IMG/VR virus record: IMGVR_UViG_3300045988_162372
DNA length: 64,000 nucleotides
Strand: one strand, 5' to 3'
Origin: a virus
Shown piece by piece: positions 1 through 8,143 of the stretch; within the stretch, counting starts at the first letter, position 1, and each line of letters begins with the position of its first letter. The notes under the pieces are model-generated. The model was not told the DNA's origin and made no database searches. It saw only the letters and a program-made list of their open reading frames with translations. The translations under genes were made by a program, and so were the position numbers.

Positions 1-16
1 AAACCTTTAAAACCTT

Positions 17-244
17 ATGATTATGTGGGAAATTTACGTTGCTGTATTGATAATCCTTATTTTATGTATGTTGTATGTCTACCATAACTATATGTGGTGC
101 AAAACTTGCCATAGATTTGTAAGAATACAAACGCTTTGTTATACTGAAGGCGAGAAGGATATAATGAGAGTTTATGCAAAATGTCCTAAATGCGGCAAGA
201 TGTTAAAAGACGAAATATATACCTCAATAGAAGGTGAGGAATAG
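17..244 (+). CDS. small membrane-anchored zinc-ribbon protein
   Basis: 75-aa ORF; hydrophobic N-terminal helix (VAVLIILILCMLYV) then CKTC...CPKCG cysteine pairs. Confidence 0.55.
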   Translation: MIMWEIYVAVLIILILCMLYVYHNYMWCKTCHRFVRIQTLCYTEGEKDIMRVYAKCPKCGKMLKDEIYTSIEGEE

Positions 245-271
245 AATATTAACATCATTTAACAAAATTAA

Positions 272-303
272 CTTGCATATTTTATTGAAAGTTCATACCT
301 TTG
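272..303 (+). promoter_or_regulatory. Bacteroidota-type promoter (-33/-7)
   Basis: CTTG-N20-TACCTTTG, 28 nt upstream of ATG 332. Confidence 0.6.
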
Positions 304-331
304 TGGTGTAATAATTAAAGCATCTAAGATT

Positions 332-514
332 ATGGATAAAAAGAATGTTATTATTTGTGATGGAATAGAACATGGAGATTATGTCGTATGTTCTAATTGT
401 GGCACAGTGATGCTTGTTCCTTGTGGAGAAGATATTTGCCCAATGTGCCACAAGGACGGATGTCTTATGTGGGCTGATGACGAACAGGAACATAGTGCCA
501 GTGATTTTGTATAA
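332..514 (+). CDS. small zinc-ribbon protein
   Basis: 60-aa ORF after promoter box; CSNCG...CPMCH pairs. Confidence 0.55.
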   Translation: MDKKNVIICDGIEHGDYVVCSNCGTVMLVPCGEDICPMCHKDGCLMWADDEQEHSASDFV

Positions 515-533
515 TGAAAAAAGATATAAAGAT

Positions 534-920
534 ATGAAAACAGCAAAAACTTTCAATGATTTATCTAGTGATGTTACCATTGCCTATTATAGGATTAGCA
601 CTGCCGTAATAGGATATGCAAGGTTTGTAAGGAATTGTCAGAATGAAGCAAGGTTACTTAGTAAAAGTGGAGAGATATTGGTTAATTTTGGCAAGGATAA
701 TTTATTATATACACCTTTTTTTAAATGCGAGACGTTTTTAGGGGAATGTATGTTCGCTGCTGATACTTCATTACTTATGAAAAATATTGCGCAATATCTA
801 AATAAAAATAACGAAATACAAAAACAAGAATGTATCGTCAAAGATATGGAAGAAATATTCGTTAATGAAAAAGAAAAATTGAGGAGGATGAAGCATATAT
901 TGAAAGAAACAAAAGGTTAA
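534..920 (+). CDS. hypothetical protein
   Basis: in-frame ATG (MKTAKTF..) just after stop of 332..514; the longer 414 start would overlap the upstream gene. Confidence 0.5.
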   Translation: MKTAKTFNDLSSDVTIAYYRISTAVIGYARFVRNCQNEARLLSKSGEILVNFGKDNLLYTPFFKCETFLGECMFAADTSLLMKNIAQYLNKNNEIQKQECIVKDMEEIFVNEKEKLRRMKHILKETKG

Positions 921-947
921 TTTGTTAACTTTATTTAACTCAATACA

Positions 948-979
948 TTTGGTAATTTAAAATATTCTTGTTATCTTTG
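948..979 (+). promoter_or_regulatory. Bacteroidota-type promoter (-33/-7)
   Basis: TTTG-N20-TATCTTTG upstream of ATG 1034. Confidence 0.65.
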
Positions 980-1033
980 CAATGTCAAAAGAAAAAGGTA
1001 ACAAGAATATTAATTTAATGGGAGGTATTAATT

Positions 1034-1276
1034 ATGAGAAGTATTAATAGGATTGGTAGAAAAGATACTATTAAGGCTTATTCTTATGATAAGAATAGAA
1101 AACTTATTACAAGTTTGTACGATAGTGGTTTTCATTCTATTGAAGAAATTGTAAATAGACTTAATGAAAAAGGTTCTGGATGGCTTAAAGCAATCTATGA
1201 GGTTAATATCATTAATGAGGATAAAAATATTTCTTACTGGTATGTTATTAAAGGCAACAAGATTATCAAACAATAG
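1034..1276 (+). CDS. hypothetical protein
   Basis: 80-aa ORF in co-directional gene train; no motif recognised. Confidence 0.55.
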   Translation: MRSINRIGRKDTIKAYSYDKNRKLITSLYDSGFHSIEEIVNRLNEKGSGWLKAIYEVNIINEDKNISYWYVIKGNKIIKQ

Positions 1277-1291
1277 AGAGGAGGGTAAAAT

Positions 1292-1783
1292 ATGGACTAT
1301 AAAGAGGAAGTTTTCCCATTAAATAATTTCGCTTTGTTTAGCAAAGGATGGTATTCACCAGTAAATGACGATGAGGATTTATTAACAACGGTAAAACACG
1401 TATTGGCATTGGATGGATATGACTTTATTTCTAATTACAATGACGTTCTTTGTATATTATTGAGCGAGATTGATAGGTACAACAAATATCTGGATAGTGT
1501 TAATGCAAATACTCTTAACTTGTTTAAATTCTGTAAGGAAATTAGTGAAGAAAAGAACTTGTGGCATAAGGATATAAGTAATGAAGAAGCTATTGTGAGA
1601 GTGATTGCAAAATTCTTGCGATATATGGATAGTAAATATATAAAGTTACAATGTCCTTTTTATAGCCGAAAACTTACCAAGAAGTATGGATTAACATTAC
1701 AACCTTTCTTCTATAAAAAGAGTAAGCAGGGAACAACATATAAGGAAATGAACAGAGTTGCAAACAAATATTTTAATCAATAG
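1292..1783 (+). CDS. hypothetical protein
   Basis: 163-aa ORF in co-directional gene train; no motif recognised. Confidence 0.6.
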   Translation: MDYKEEVFPLNNFALFSKGWYSPVNDDEDLLTTVKHVLALDGYDFISNYNDVLCILLSEIDRYNKYLDSVNANTLNLFKFCKEISEEKNLWHKDISNEEAIVRVIAKFLRYMDSKYIKLQCPFYSRKLTKKYGLTLQPFFYKKSKQGTTYKEMNRVANKYFNQ

Positions 1784-1797
1784 AAACATATCATATT

Positions 1798-2052
1798 ATG
1801 ATAGATACTTACGATAAGTTCTGGGATGCAGTACAGAAGATTGAAAAAACAATTAAGAGTTGTAAAACTATTGCACAAATTGAAAACTGCAAACAATGGA
1901 TGGATAATGTGTGGGATGATAACCTTTTACAATATAAAGGTTTAGGTGTGAGCTTGCAAGACATGGTTGAGATTAAACAATTATTAAATACTGCATACTC
2001 AACCCAACGGCAGATTATCTTAAATAATCAAAACTTAAAAGATGATGAATGA
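1798..2052 (+). CDS. hypothetical protein
   Basis: 84-aa ORF in gene train; no motif recognised. Confidence 0.55.
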   Translation: MIDTYDKFWDAVQKIEKTIKSCKTIAQIENCKQWMDNVWDDNLLQYKGLGVSLQDMVEIKQLLNTAYSTQRQIILNNQNLKDDE

Positions 2053-2218
2053 GAAAGAAGTACAAGATTATATAAATCGTTTGATTACTTTGCAAAAGAA
2101 TGGCGATCCTGAAATAGACCATCCCGAAGCAGATAATATATTGTGCGAGATTATAGAACAATTAGGGTATCCAGAGATTATAAAAGAATACGATAAGATA
2201 CATAAATGGTATAGTTGA
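2042..2218 (+). CDS. hypothetical small protein (58 aa, below ORF-track cutoff)
   Basis: hand-translated ATGATG..TGA ORF (MMNEKEVQDYINRL...KWYS) filling the otherwise empty 2053-2218 gap and overlapping the upstream stop. Confidence 0.4.
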   Translation: MMNEKEVQDYINRLITLQKNGDPEIDHPEADNILCEIIEQLGYPEIIKEYDKIHKWYS

Positions 2219-2243
2219 TTTATTATTTATTAACAATAAAAGT

Positions 2244-2274
2244 TTTGGATATAAAAAACATTTTTGTATCTTTG
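2244..2274 (+). promoter_or_regulatory. Bacteroidota-type promoter (-33/-7)
   Basis: TTTG-N19-TATCTTTG upstream of ATG 2322. Confidence 0.65.
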
Positions 2275-2321
2275 CAAAGTAATAAGAAAAGAGATTATTA
2301 ACGTTTAAACTGAATTATATT

Positions 2322-3362
2322 ATGTGTTTGATTAGCCAAAGTTTAAAGCCATTCGTAGCTAAGAAAGATTTGAAAGTGTTTAAAATCCTAAACAAGGATG
2401 AAAAAGGTAATTATGAAACACCCTATCAGCATTGCAAAGTTGAACTTAATAGTTTGATGCAAGCTAATGAAAATAGTGGTGATTATAGTAAATATAACTG
2501 GGGAGATGGCGGTCATAAATGCCAATTACAAATTAATGGTGGATTTATTCATTCTTTGTTCCACGATATTAAGGAATATACAGACAATAATAATCCATGT
2601 ATCGTGGTAGCTTACATTCCAGAAGGAACTGAATATTTCATCAGTACAAGGTTTATGGATGTTTGTTCCAAACAACTTAAATTGACAGATGAGATTGTTA
2701 ACATTGATGATGCAGTTCTTTCAAAAGAGGAAATGATGGATATTCTTTCACCAATTTCTGAAACTATTGACAAAGAAAAGGTAGATGCTGGATGGTTGGT
2801 AAAAAGTGATAAGACTTTTCTTCATCCGTCAGAATATACCAACGAAGTGAAAGATGATATTATTGGTGTTGTGGGAAGCATTATTGACGGGAAGATTATC
2901 GTTATTGCTCTTGATAAAACAAGATGCGAATGGTGTCAGAATAATGAGAAAGTAGATGATATGCCTACTATTCCTTATAGTGAGGTATATGATAACTTTA
3001 AGGGAAAAGAATATACTGAAATTATTAAAAATAACAAAAAATATAAAAAGGATAATAGCTATTTTCCTGCGTTTGATTATTGCCTGAAATACAAAACGAA
3101 AGGCACTGAAAGCGGTGATTGGTATCTGCCTTCAAGTGGGGAATTACATAGAATGCTCAATATGAATAGGGATGTCCTTAATTATGCTTTTTTTATTATG
3201 GGTACGGAATTAATAAAGGACGATACGGGTTACTGGGCTTCTGCCGAGACTAGCTCCACGCATGCTTGGAGTTGCTATACGTACGGTGCGGGTCTGGGCT
3301 ATTGGTACGGTAAGTGGGGTAGCGGTTACGTGCGTCCTTCCTTTGCTATTGAGGCTGATTAA
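2322..3362 (+). CDS. DUF1566 (C-type-lectin-like) domain protein, paralog of 54073..55057
   Basis: 346 aa; N-terminal MCLIS.. domain shared with 54073..55057; C-terminal GDWYLPSSGELHRML ... GYWAS ... YVRP pattern typical of DUF1566/Lcl C-terminal domains. Confidence 0.7.
   Translation: MCLISQSLKPFVAKKDLKVFKILNKDEKGNYETPYQHCKVELNSLMQANENSGDYSKYNWGDGGHKCQLQINGGFIHSLFHDIKEYTDNNNPCIVVAYIPEGTEYFISTRFMDVCSKQLKLTDEIVNIDDAVLSKEEMMDILSPISETIDKEKVDAGWLVKSDKTFLHPSEYTNEVKDDIIGVVGSIIDGKIIVIALDKTRCEWCQNNEKVDDMPTIPYSEVYDNFKGKEYTEIIKNNKKYKKDNSYFPAFDYCLKYKTKGTESGDWYLPSSGELHRMLNMNRDVLNYAFFIMGTELIKDDTGYWASAETSSTHAWSCYTYGAGLGYWYGKWGSGYVRPSFAIEAD
3221..3350 (+). other. adenine-depleted GC-rich segment (DGR variable-region-like) at 3' end of the DUF1566 gene
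   Basis: hand count about 19 A in 130 nt and about 55% G+C inside an otherwise A-rich genome; followed by hairpin GAGGCT-gatta-AGCCTC (3351-3367) across the stop codon. Confidence 0.4.
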
Positions 3363-3440
3363 GCCTCTATTAGCAGTGTAACTGCCTTATTGTAAGCAAA
3401 GCGAACTTGTATTAAGCGTTAGCTTTATTATTTACTATAC

Positions 3441-3480
3441 AGATAGTTAGTGGAACATATCTCATTAACTATCTTTTTTA
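3441..3480 (+). terminator. rho-independent terminator
   Basis: AGATAGTTA / TAACTATCT 9-bp stem followed by TTTTTT. Confidence 0.6.
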
Positions 3481-3515
3481 TTATTCTATTATTAACGTCA
3501 TTTAACCATAATAAT

Positions 3516-3546
3516 TTTGTCAGACGAAATATTTTTACTACCTTTG
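3516..3546 (+). promoter_or_regulatory. Bacteroidota-type promoter (-33/-7)
   Basis: TTTG-N19-TACCTTTG upstream of ATG 3591. Confidence 0.6.
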
Positions 3547-3590
3547 CACCTGTAAGAGATAAGGAAATAAACAAATCGGAGGTTAAAGAT

Positions 3591-3767
3591 ATGGATAAGA
3601 CGATTTCTTATGTAATGAATACCGTTGTAGGTAAGATTACAAGTGTAAGCGAATTTATGAACATCGTTTCAGACTATGATTATTGTCAGTTTGGAATAGA
3701 TAGGGGTGAAGGAGATTTCTTTTTCTTTGAATTGAAGATTAAGGAATTGTATAATAAAGGAAGGTAA
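3591..3767 (+). CDS. hypothetical small protein (possibly 5' part of a gene interrupted by the TnpB element)
   Basis: ATG 3591 (MDKTISYV..) downstream of promoter; the GTG-3450 extension in the ORF track runs through terminator and promoter. Confidence 0.4.
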   Translation: MDKTISYVMNTVVGKITSVSEFMNIVSDYDYCQFGIDRGEGDFFFFELKIKELYNKGR

Positions 3768-3874
3768 TAATATACCAGATGACCCAGAAACGAAAAAGTG
3801 ATAAAAAACGAAGTTTTCTATTAATTTTTTGGAAAGTAACCGATATTTATTAATATAATAGAAACGAGAAGAAT

Positions 3875-5095
3875 ATGAAACGTGCATACAAATACAAACT
3901 GAAACCAACAATGAGGCAGCAACAAATGTTGTTGCAGCATTTCGGTTGTTGCCGTTTCATATACAACTGGGGATTGGATAGGAAAAAGAATGCATGGACG
4001 AATGAAAAGAAATCCATAGGTTATCTTCAACTTGCAAGGGAATTAACGCTATTGAAGAATGACGGCGAACATGGTTGGCTGAAAAATGTGGCAAACGAAA
4101 GTTTGCAGCAATCATTAAGAAACTTGGATAATGCTTATACGCAGTTCTTCAAGGCAAAGAAGGGATTCCCCAAATTCAGATCGAAGAAACACAGCAAGAA
4201 CGTATGCAAGTTCATCAACAACGTGCGCTTTGACTTTGATAAATGGAAAGTCAGAATACCCAAGATGGGATGGACAAAGTTGTGTCACAACAAAGCATTT
4301 GACTTGTCCAAATGCAAGATTGGAACTCTTACAGTGTCACAGGACAAATGTGGAGACTACTGGTGCGTAATCATTGTCGAGGATGGTGAAAAACCGAAAC
4401 CGAAAGCCAAGATTTCGGAGAAAACTGCCGTTGGCGTAGATTTAGGCATCAAAGATTTTGCCATATTGTCCGATGGTACAAAATATGGAAATAACAAATT
4501 CCTTGAAAAAGGACAAATACGCTTGAAGAAATTGCAACGCAGGTTTTCAAAAGCACAGAAAGGGTCGAAAAGAAGGGAAAGGCTGAAAATTAAAATCGCA
4601 AGACAGCACAGAAGAATATCCAACCGCAGGTCGAATTTCTTGCACAAACTGACAACCGATTTAATGTGCAAATATGACACAATCTGCCTTGAGAACCTTA
4701 ATGTGCAAGGGATGATGCAAAATCATCATTTGGCAAATGCAATTTCAAGCGTTTCATGGAATGAATTTGTAAGACAACTTGCATACAAAGCCGAATGGAA
4801 TGGGAAAAACGTGATATTTATCGGCAGGTTTGAACCCAGTAGCAAGACTTGCTCTTGTTGTGGGTACATTAAGAAAGACCTATCATTGAAAGACAGAAGT
4901 TGGATTTGCTCCAAATGTGGCGCAAGCCATGACAGGGATGTGAATGCAGCAATAAACATACGCAACTTTGGATTGCATCCACAATCGCAGGTTGCGATAG
5001 AAAATAAAATCCCAGAGGTAACTGGGATAAATACGGACGGTGAGGGCAATGGCACAAGTCACCCTGTGAAACGTCAAGATAATAAACCGTGTTAG
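3875..5095 (+). CDS. tnpB: TnpB RNA-guided endonuclease (IS200/IS605 OrfB)
   Basis: 406 aa; RuvC-like D (AVGVDLG), E (ICLENLN), D (HDRDVNAAINI) and CSCCG-x16-CSKCG zinc finger. Confidence 0.9.
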   Translation: MKRAYKYKLKPTMRQQQMLLQHFGCCRFIYNWGLDRKKNAWTNEKKSIGYLQLARELTLLKNDGEHGWLKNVANESLQQSLRNLDNAYTQFFKAKKGFPKFRSKKHSKNVCKFINNVRFDFDKWKVRIPKMGWTKLCHNKAFDLSKCKIGTLTVSQDKCGDYWCVIIVEDGEKPKPKAKISEKTAVGVDLGIKDFAILSDGTKYGNNKFLEKGQIRLKKLQRRFSKAQKGSKRRERLKIKIARQHRRISNRRSNFLHKLTTDLMCKYDTICLENLNVQGMMQNHHLANAISSVSWNEFVRQLAYKAEWNGKNVIFIGRFEPSSKTCSCCGYIKKDLSLKDRSWICSKCGASHDRDVNAAINIRNFGLHPQSQVAIENKIPEVTGINTDGEGNGTSHPVKRQDNKPC

Positions 5096-5110
5096 CACAG
5101 CGATGCTGGG
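4930..5110 (+). ncRNA. putative omega/reRNA scaffold of TnpB (boundaries approximate)
   Basis: by analogy with characterised TnpB loci the guide RNA overlaps the tnpB 3' end; local stems at 4984-4998 (ATCGCA/TGCGAT), 5011-5026 (CCCAG/CTGGG), 5039-5063 (GGTGA/TCACC), 5098-5108 (CAGC/GCTG). Confidence 0.35.
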
Positions 5111-5238
5111 TGAACATGTATATCATTACCTTGAAAATGATATTGATACTGCACGTTATTACGCTGCACAAGAATTATTCTACGAATGGGTAGAAAATCT
5201 TTAATTCGTAATTTGTTTCATATAAAAATAATACATAA

Positions 5239-5760
5239 ATGCGAAAGATTTTTACATATATTGGAATTTGTTTTGCAATAGCAGGGATGGTCAATGCTGC
5301 AATGGTACATAGTGAAGAAGCAAGGGAAAACGTAACAACTGAAATGTTATTGAATGATAATGTAGACGTTTCATCTGAAATTGTTAAAGAGGATAAAGAA
5401 CTTCTTGCAGAAGAAAACAATATGAAGAAAAACAAGAACACTATTACCCATGTAAAGGTTACTTGTTATCAGCCAGTAGAAGCACAATGTGATAGTGATC
5501 CACTTATAACGGCAGATGGGAGCAAGATTGATTTACATAAATTAAAGAAAGGAAATGTTAAGTGGTGCGCTATTTCACGTGATTTGTTATGGCTCTTTCC
5601 AAAGGATAAACCTAAACGTGTACATATTGAGGGATATGGCATATACGAAGTGAGAGACGTTATGAACAAGCGTTTTAATCACAGAGTGGATATTCTTATT
5701 CATCCGTCAGAAAAGGCTAATATCAGTGAAGAAAATGTAAAAATGACAATTTTAGGATAA
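5239..5760 (+). CDS. secreted 3D/RlpA-like (MltA-type) cell-wall-binding or lytic protein
   Basis: signal peptide MRKIFTYIGICFAIAGMVNA; C-terminal TCYQP..QCDSDPLITADG..CAISRD..YEVRDVMNKRF..VDIL resembles the 3D domain. Confidence 0.6.
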   Translation: MRKIFTYIGICFAIAGMVNAAMVHSEEARENVTTEMLLNDNVDVSSEIVKEDKELLAEENNMKKNKNTITHVKVTCYQPVEAQCDSDPLITADGSKIDLHKLKKGNVKWCAISRDLLWLFPKDKPKRVHIEGYGIYEVRDVMNKRFNHRVDILIHPSEKANISEENVKMTILG

Positions 5761-5772
5761 GGAGGCAATATT

Positions 5773-6099
5773 ATGGAAGTTTTTGGGAACATTGTTTATT
5801 TCATTATTGTTGCAGGTTTGTTATTTCCAGTCAATAGTATTTTGAATGCAGTTAGAAAGAAATATGATAAAGATGCAGATGTTAAAGCGTTTTATATCTT
5901 GGCGAATGTCGATAGGGCTATCTTTATCTTGGCGATGGTTGCATTGATGGGAACATTGAATTTCTTTACAAATGAGCCAGAAGCAATAGATGTATATAGA
6001 GGAAAAACTGAATTATACATTGAACAGACAATGAGAGGTAATAAAGTCATAAAAAGCGACACCACGGTAGTTTTCAAACAAGAAAAATCTATCAAATAA
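5773..6099 (+). CDS. membrane protein
   Basis: 108 aa with two hydrophobic helices. Confidence 0.55.
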   Translation: MEVFGNIVYFIIVAGLLFPVNSILNAVRKKYDKDADVKAFYILANVDRAIFILAMVALMGTLNFFTNEPEAIDVYRGKTELYIEQTMRGNKVIKSDTTVVFKQEKSIK

Positions 6100-6119
6100 A
6101 CATCATTTAACATACAATG

Positions 6120-6151
6120 TTTGGATAATCAAAATAAAATGATTATTTTTG
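6120..6151 (+). promoter_or_regulatory. Bacteroidota-type promoter (-33/-7)
   Basis: TTTG-N20-TATTTTTG upstream of ATG 6178. Confidence 0.6.
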
Positions 6152-6177
6152 CATCATAATTAAACAAAGGAGACTTT

Positions 6178-6438
6178 ATGAAAAAGAAATATGAAAAATA
6201 TGTAGGAAAATATTTCAGACGTAAATGTGAACATTATATCATAGTGTTCCATATTATCGGATTTGAAGAAATAGATGTTATTCCTTTCTTTATTGGTGAA
6301 GAGTACATTATGTCAAAGAAAGGCGATAATTTTACAATAGAATGTCGTAAAGGATGTGAGTATTTTTTAGATGTGTTTACTGAAATAACAAAAGAAGAAT
6401 ATGCAGAACAGATTTCTTTGGGGTTTCCCCACGATTAA
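6178..6438 (+). CDS. hypothetical protein
   Basis: 86-aa ORF after promoter; no motif recognised. Confidence 0.55.
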   Translation: MKKKYEKYVGKYFRRKCEHYIIVFHIIGFEEIDVIPFFIGEEYIMSKKGDNFTIECRKGCEYFLDVFTEITKEEYAEQISLGFPHD

Positions 6439-6685
6439 TCAAATAAGGCCTGCCGATAATCTTATTGTGAAGGCTTACGGATGGGATAAGAAAGTCATTG
6501 TAGAGAAAACAATGACAGGCATTCATAAAGTGCAAGACGCAATTAATTCAATTAAAAAATGTACTGACAAAGAAGTGGTGTGGGTTAATATCTACAATAG
6601 TAGACTGGATATTTCAAGAACCTATGCAGTATTTAAGAATACACATAAAAGAACATTAATTTATGGAATTGAAGAGAAATTTTAA
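6401..6685 (+). CDS. hypothetical protein (start uncertain)
   Basis: 94-aa ORF overlapping upstream gene by 38 nt. Confidence 0.4.
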   Translation: MQNRFLWGFPTINQIRPADNLIVKAYGWDKKVIVEKTMTGIHKVQDAINSIKKCTDKEVVWVNIYNSRLDISRTYAVFKNTHKRTLIYGIEEKF

Positions 6686-6863
6686 ATTGGTTTGTTATTT
6701 GTTACTAGGAATAGGAGTGTTAGTGATTATATTAAAGATGTTTGGATTATTACCGTTTCTATCTTGGTGGGTGATATTGTTTCCTATATGGTTTCCGATT
6801 ATGGTTATTATTACTCTTATTCTCATCATTTTCTGTTTCTTGAAATATCATAATGTCATTTAA
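6663..6863 (+). CDS. small membrane protein
   Basis: 66 aa, two hydrophobic helices. Confidence 0.5.
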   Translation: MELKRNFKLVCYLLLGIGVLVIILKMFGLLPFLSWWVILFPIWFPIMVIITLILIIFCFLKYHNVI

Positions 6864-6917
6864 CAATCTGATTTTATTATTTAACATATAAAATACTGAT
6901 AATTCAAATATAATTTG

Positions 6918-6925
6918 TATCTTTG
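6918..6925 (+). promoter_or_regulatory. -7 box TATCTTTG (no clear -33)
   Basis: intergenic, 48 nt upstream of ATG 6974. Confidence 0.45.
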
Positions 6926-6973
6926 TATTGCGATAAGAAAGAAGAAGTTTAATAATTAAAACATGAAAGTGAT

Positions 6974-7279
6974 ATGAACAAGAGCAACAAGAATAAAAAT
7001 TACATGGGAGTACATCTTCGTACTTGGTATGGAGAAACTGCTATGTACTTGCTTAACAGCATTAAGGATAAAAAGATGACTCTTGAGGAAGTTATCCAAA
7101 ACTGGAACAATTGCCTCGGTGAGGGAGATAGTTTTGAATCTGAAAAAATTGATACAAATGATTGTAATAAGTTTTATATAGTTAAGGTAAACTATACTGA
7201 TTATATCATTATGTTCTCAAATTGCGAAAGCGAGGTAGATATGATGTGTGATATTTATGAAATTGAATACGAGTTATGA
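6974..7279 (+). CDS. hypothetical protein
   Basis: 101-aa ORF; no motif recognised. Confidence 0.55.
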   Translation: MNKSNKNKNYMGVHLRTWYGETAMYLLNSIKDKKMTLEEVIQNWNNCLGEGDSFESEKIDTNDCNKFYIVKVNYTDYIIMFSNCESEVDMMCDIYEIEYEL

Positions 7280-7497
7280 AAACAAACGAAATTATTTCTG
7301 AATTGTGGATTGTTACCGTATATGACGCAAGACATGACGAAATGGTAAAAGAAGTTACGGTAATTGGTAAACAAAACTTAGATAAGGCGATTAAAAACAT
7401 TAAATCCAGTTATATGGGTTATAATGTAGGTGTAAACAAAGGTATTATCTGTTTTGATGGGTATGTTGCGAAGGGTGATTATATAGGAGATTTTTAA
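7276..7497 (+). CDS. hypothetical protein
   Basis: 73-aa ORF, ATGA overlap with upstream gene. Confidence 0.55.
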   Translation: MKTNEIISELWIVTVYDARHDEMVKEVTVIGKQNLDKAIKNIKSSYMGYNVGVNKGIICFDGYVAKGDYIGDF

Positions 7498-7500
7498 GGT

Positions 7501-7809
7501 ATGGAAATAATTTTCTATTTTTGGATATTACCAGTTCTGATCGGACTGGTAATATTTTACTTTTGGAAATTCAAAGGACAGACAATAAAAGATTTTGTGG
7601 ATGAAATAAGTTACTATGATAGCATAGTACCGCCATACTGGTTGTTTATTACTTTTCCAATAGTTAATATTTTATTCATTGTCGTATGGTGTGTTTTGAT
7701 GATATATAAGGGCATATTTTTTCTATATAGAAAATTTCTGCAACCTCATATCAATTACGAAAGACTGAATAATATATTAGATAAGTTTTTGAATTTAAAA
7801 ATAAAATGA
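7501..7809 (+). CDS. membrane protein
   Basis: 102 aa, two to three hydrophobic helices. Confidence 0.55.
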   Translation: MEIIFYFWILPVLIGLVIFYFWKFKGQTIKDFVDEISYYDSIVPPYWLFITFPIVNILFIVVWCVLMIYKGIFFLYRKFLQPHINYERLNNILDKFLNLKIK

Positions 7810-8039
7810 AAGATTTTGTATATTTGTGTTTAGGAATCTGGTTTATATTATGTATAGTTGCATTCTTTTATTCCAGTTATGAAAAGGATGAACAAGAGAA
7901 GTTAATCAAGATAGGTGATAAAGTTATACTTGGAAATGACACGTTGATAGTCACCAAAATAGAATTATTTGATAAAACCTATCTTCATAACGGAGCTATT
8001 ATAGACACCAATTTTGCAATAGAAAATTTGAGTAAATGA
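7806..8039 (+). CDS. membrane-anchored protein
   Basis: 77 aa, N-terminal helix; ATGA overlap. Confidence 0.55.
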   Translation: MKDFVYLCLGIWFILCIVAFFYSSYEKDEQEKLIKIGDKVILGNDTLIVTKIELFDKTYLHNGAIIDTNFAIENLSK

Positions 8040-8062
8040 TTTATCTTATTTAACACATTATT

Positions 8063-8094
8063 CTTGCATATATTAAATATAATGTTTATCTTTG
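8063..8094 (+). promoter_or_regulatory. Bacteroidota-type promoter (-33/-7)
   Basis: CTTG-N20-TATCTTTG upstream of ATG 8144. Confidence 0.6.
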
Positions 8095-8143
8095 CAAATA
8101 AGAATAATAACCAATATAAATTTATAAAGAAAAATACCAAAAT

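Larger units (their letters stand above)
3768..5110 (+). mobile_element. solo tnpB element of the IS200/IS605 (IS1341-like) type, ends approximate
   Basis: single tnpB ORF with no tnpA; about 1.3 kb between two short ORF fragments in the same frame; exact LE/RE not determined. Confidence 0.5.

Noticed and set aside
3450-3590. Long 5' extensions offered by the ORF track (3450, 414, 13384, 14248, 16194, 17187, 17477, 20539, 25897, 27098, 37348, 48881, 51007)
   Set aside because: The extensions run through terminator hairpins or promoter boxes, or overlap the preceding gene. An internal ATG placed just after the regulatory element or upstream stop gives a cleaner gene model.
6401-6438. Programmed frameshift between 6178..6438 and 6401..6685
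   Set aside because: There is no slippery heptamer or downstream structure, and no homology evidence that the two ORFs form one protein. An ordinary overlap or a mis-set start is more likely.
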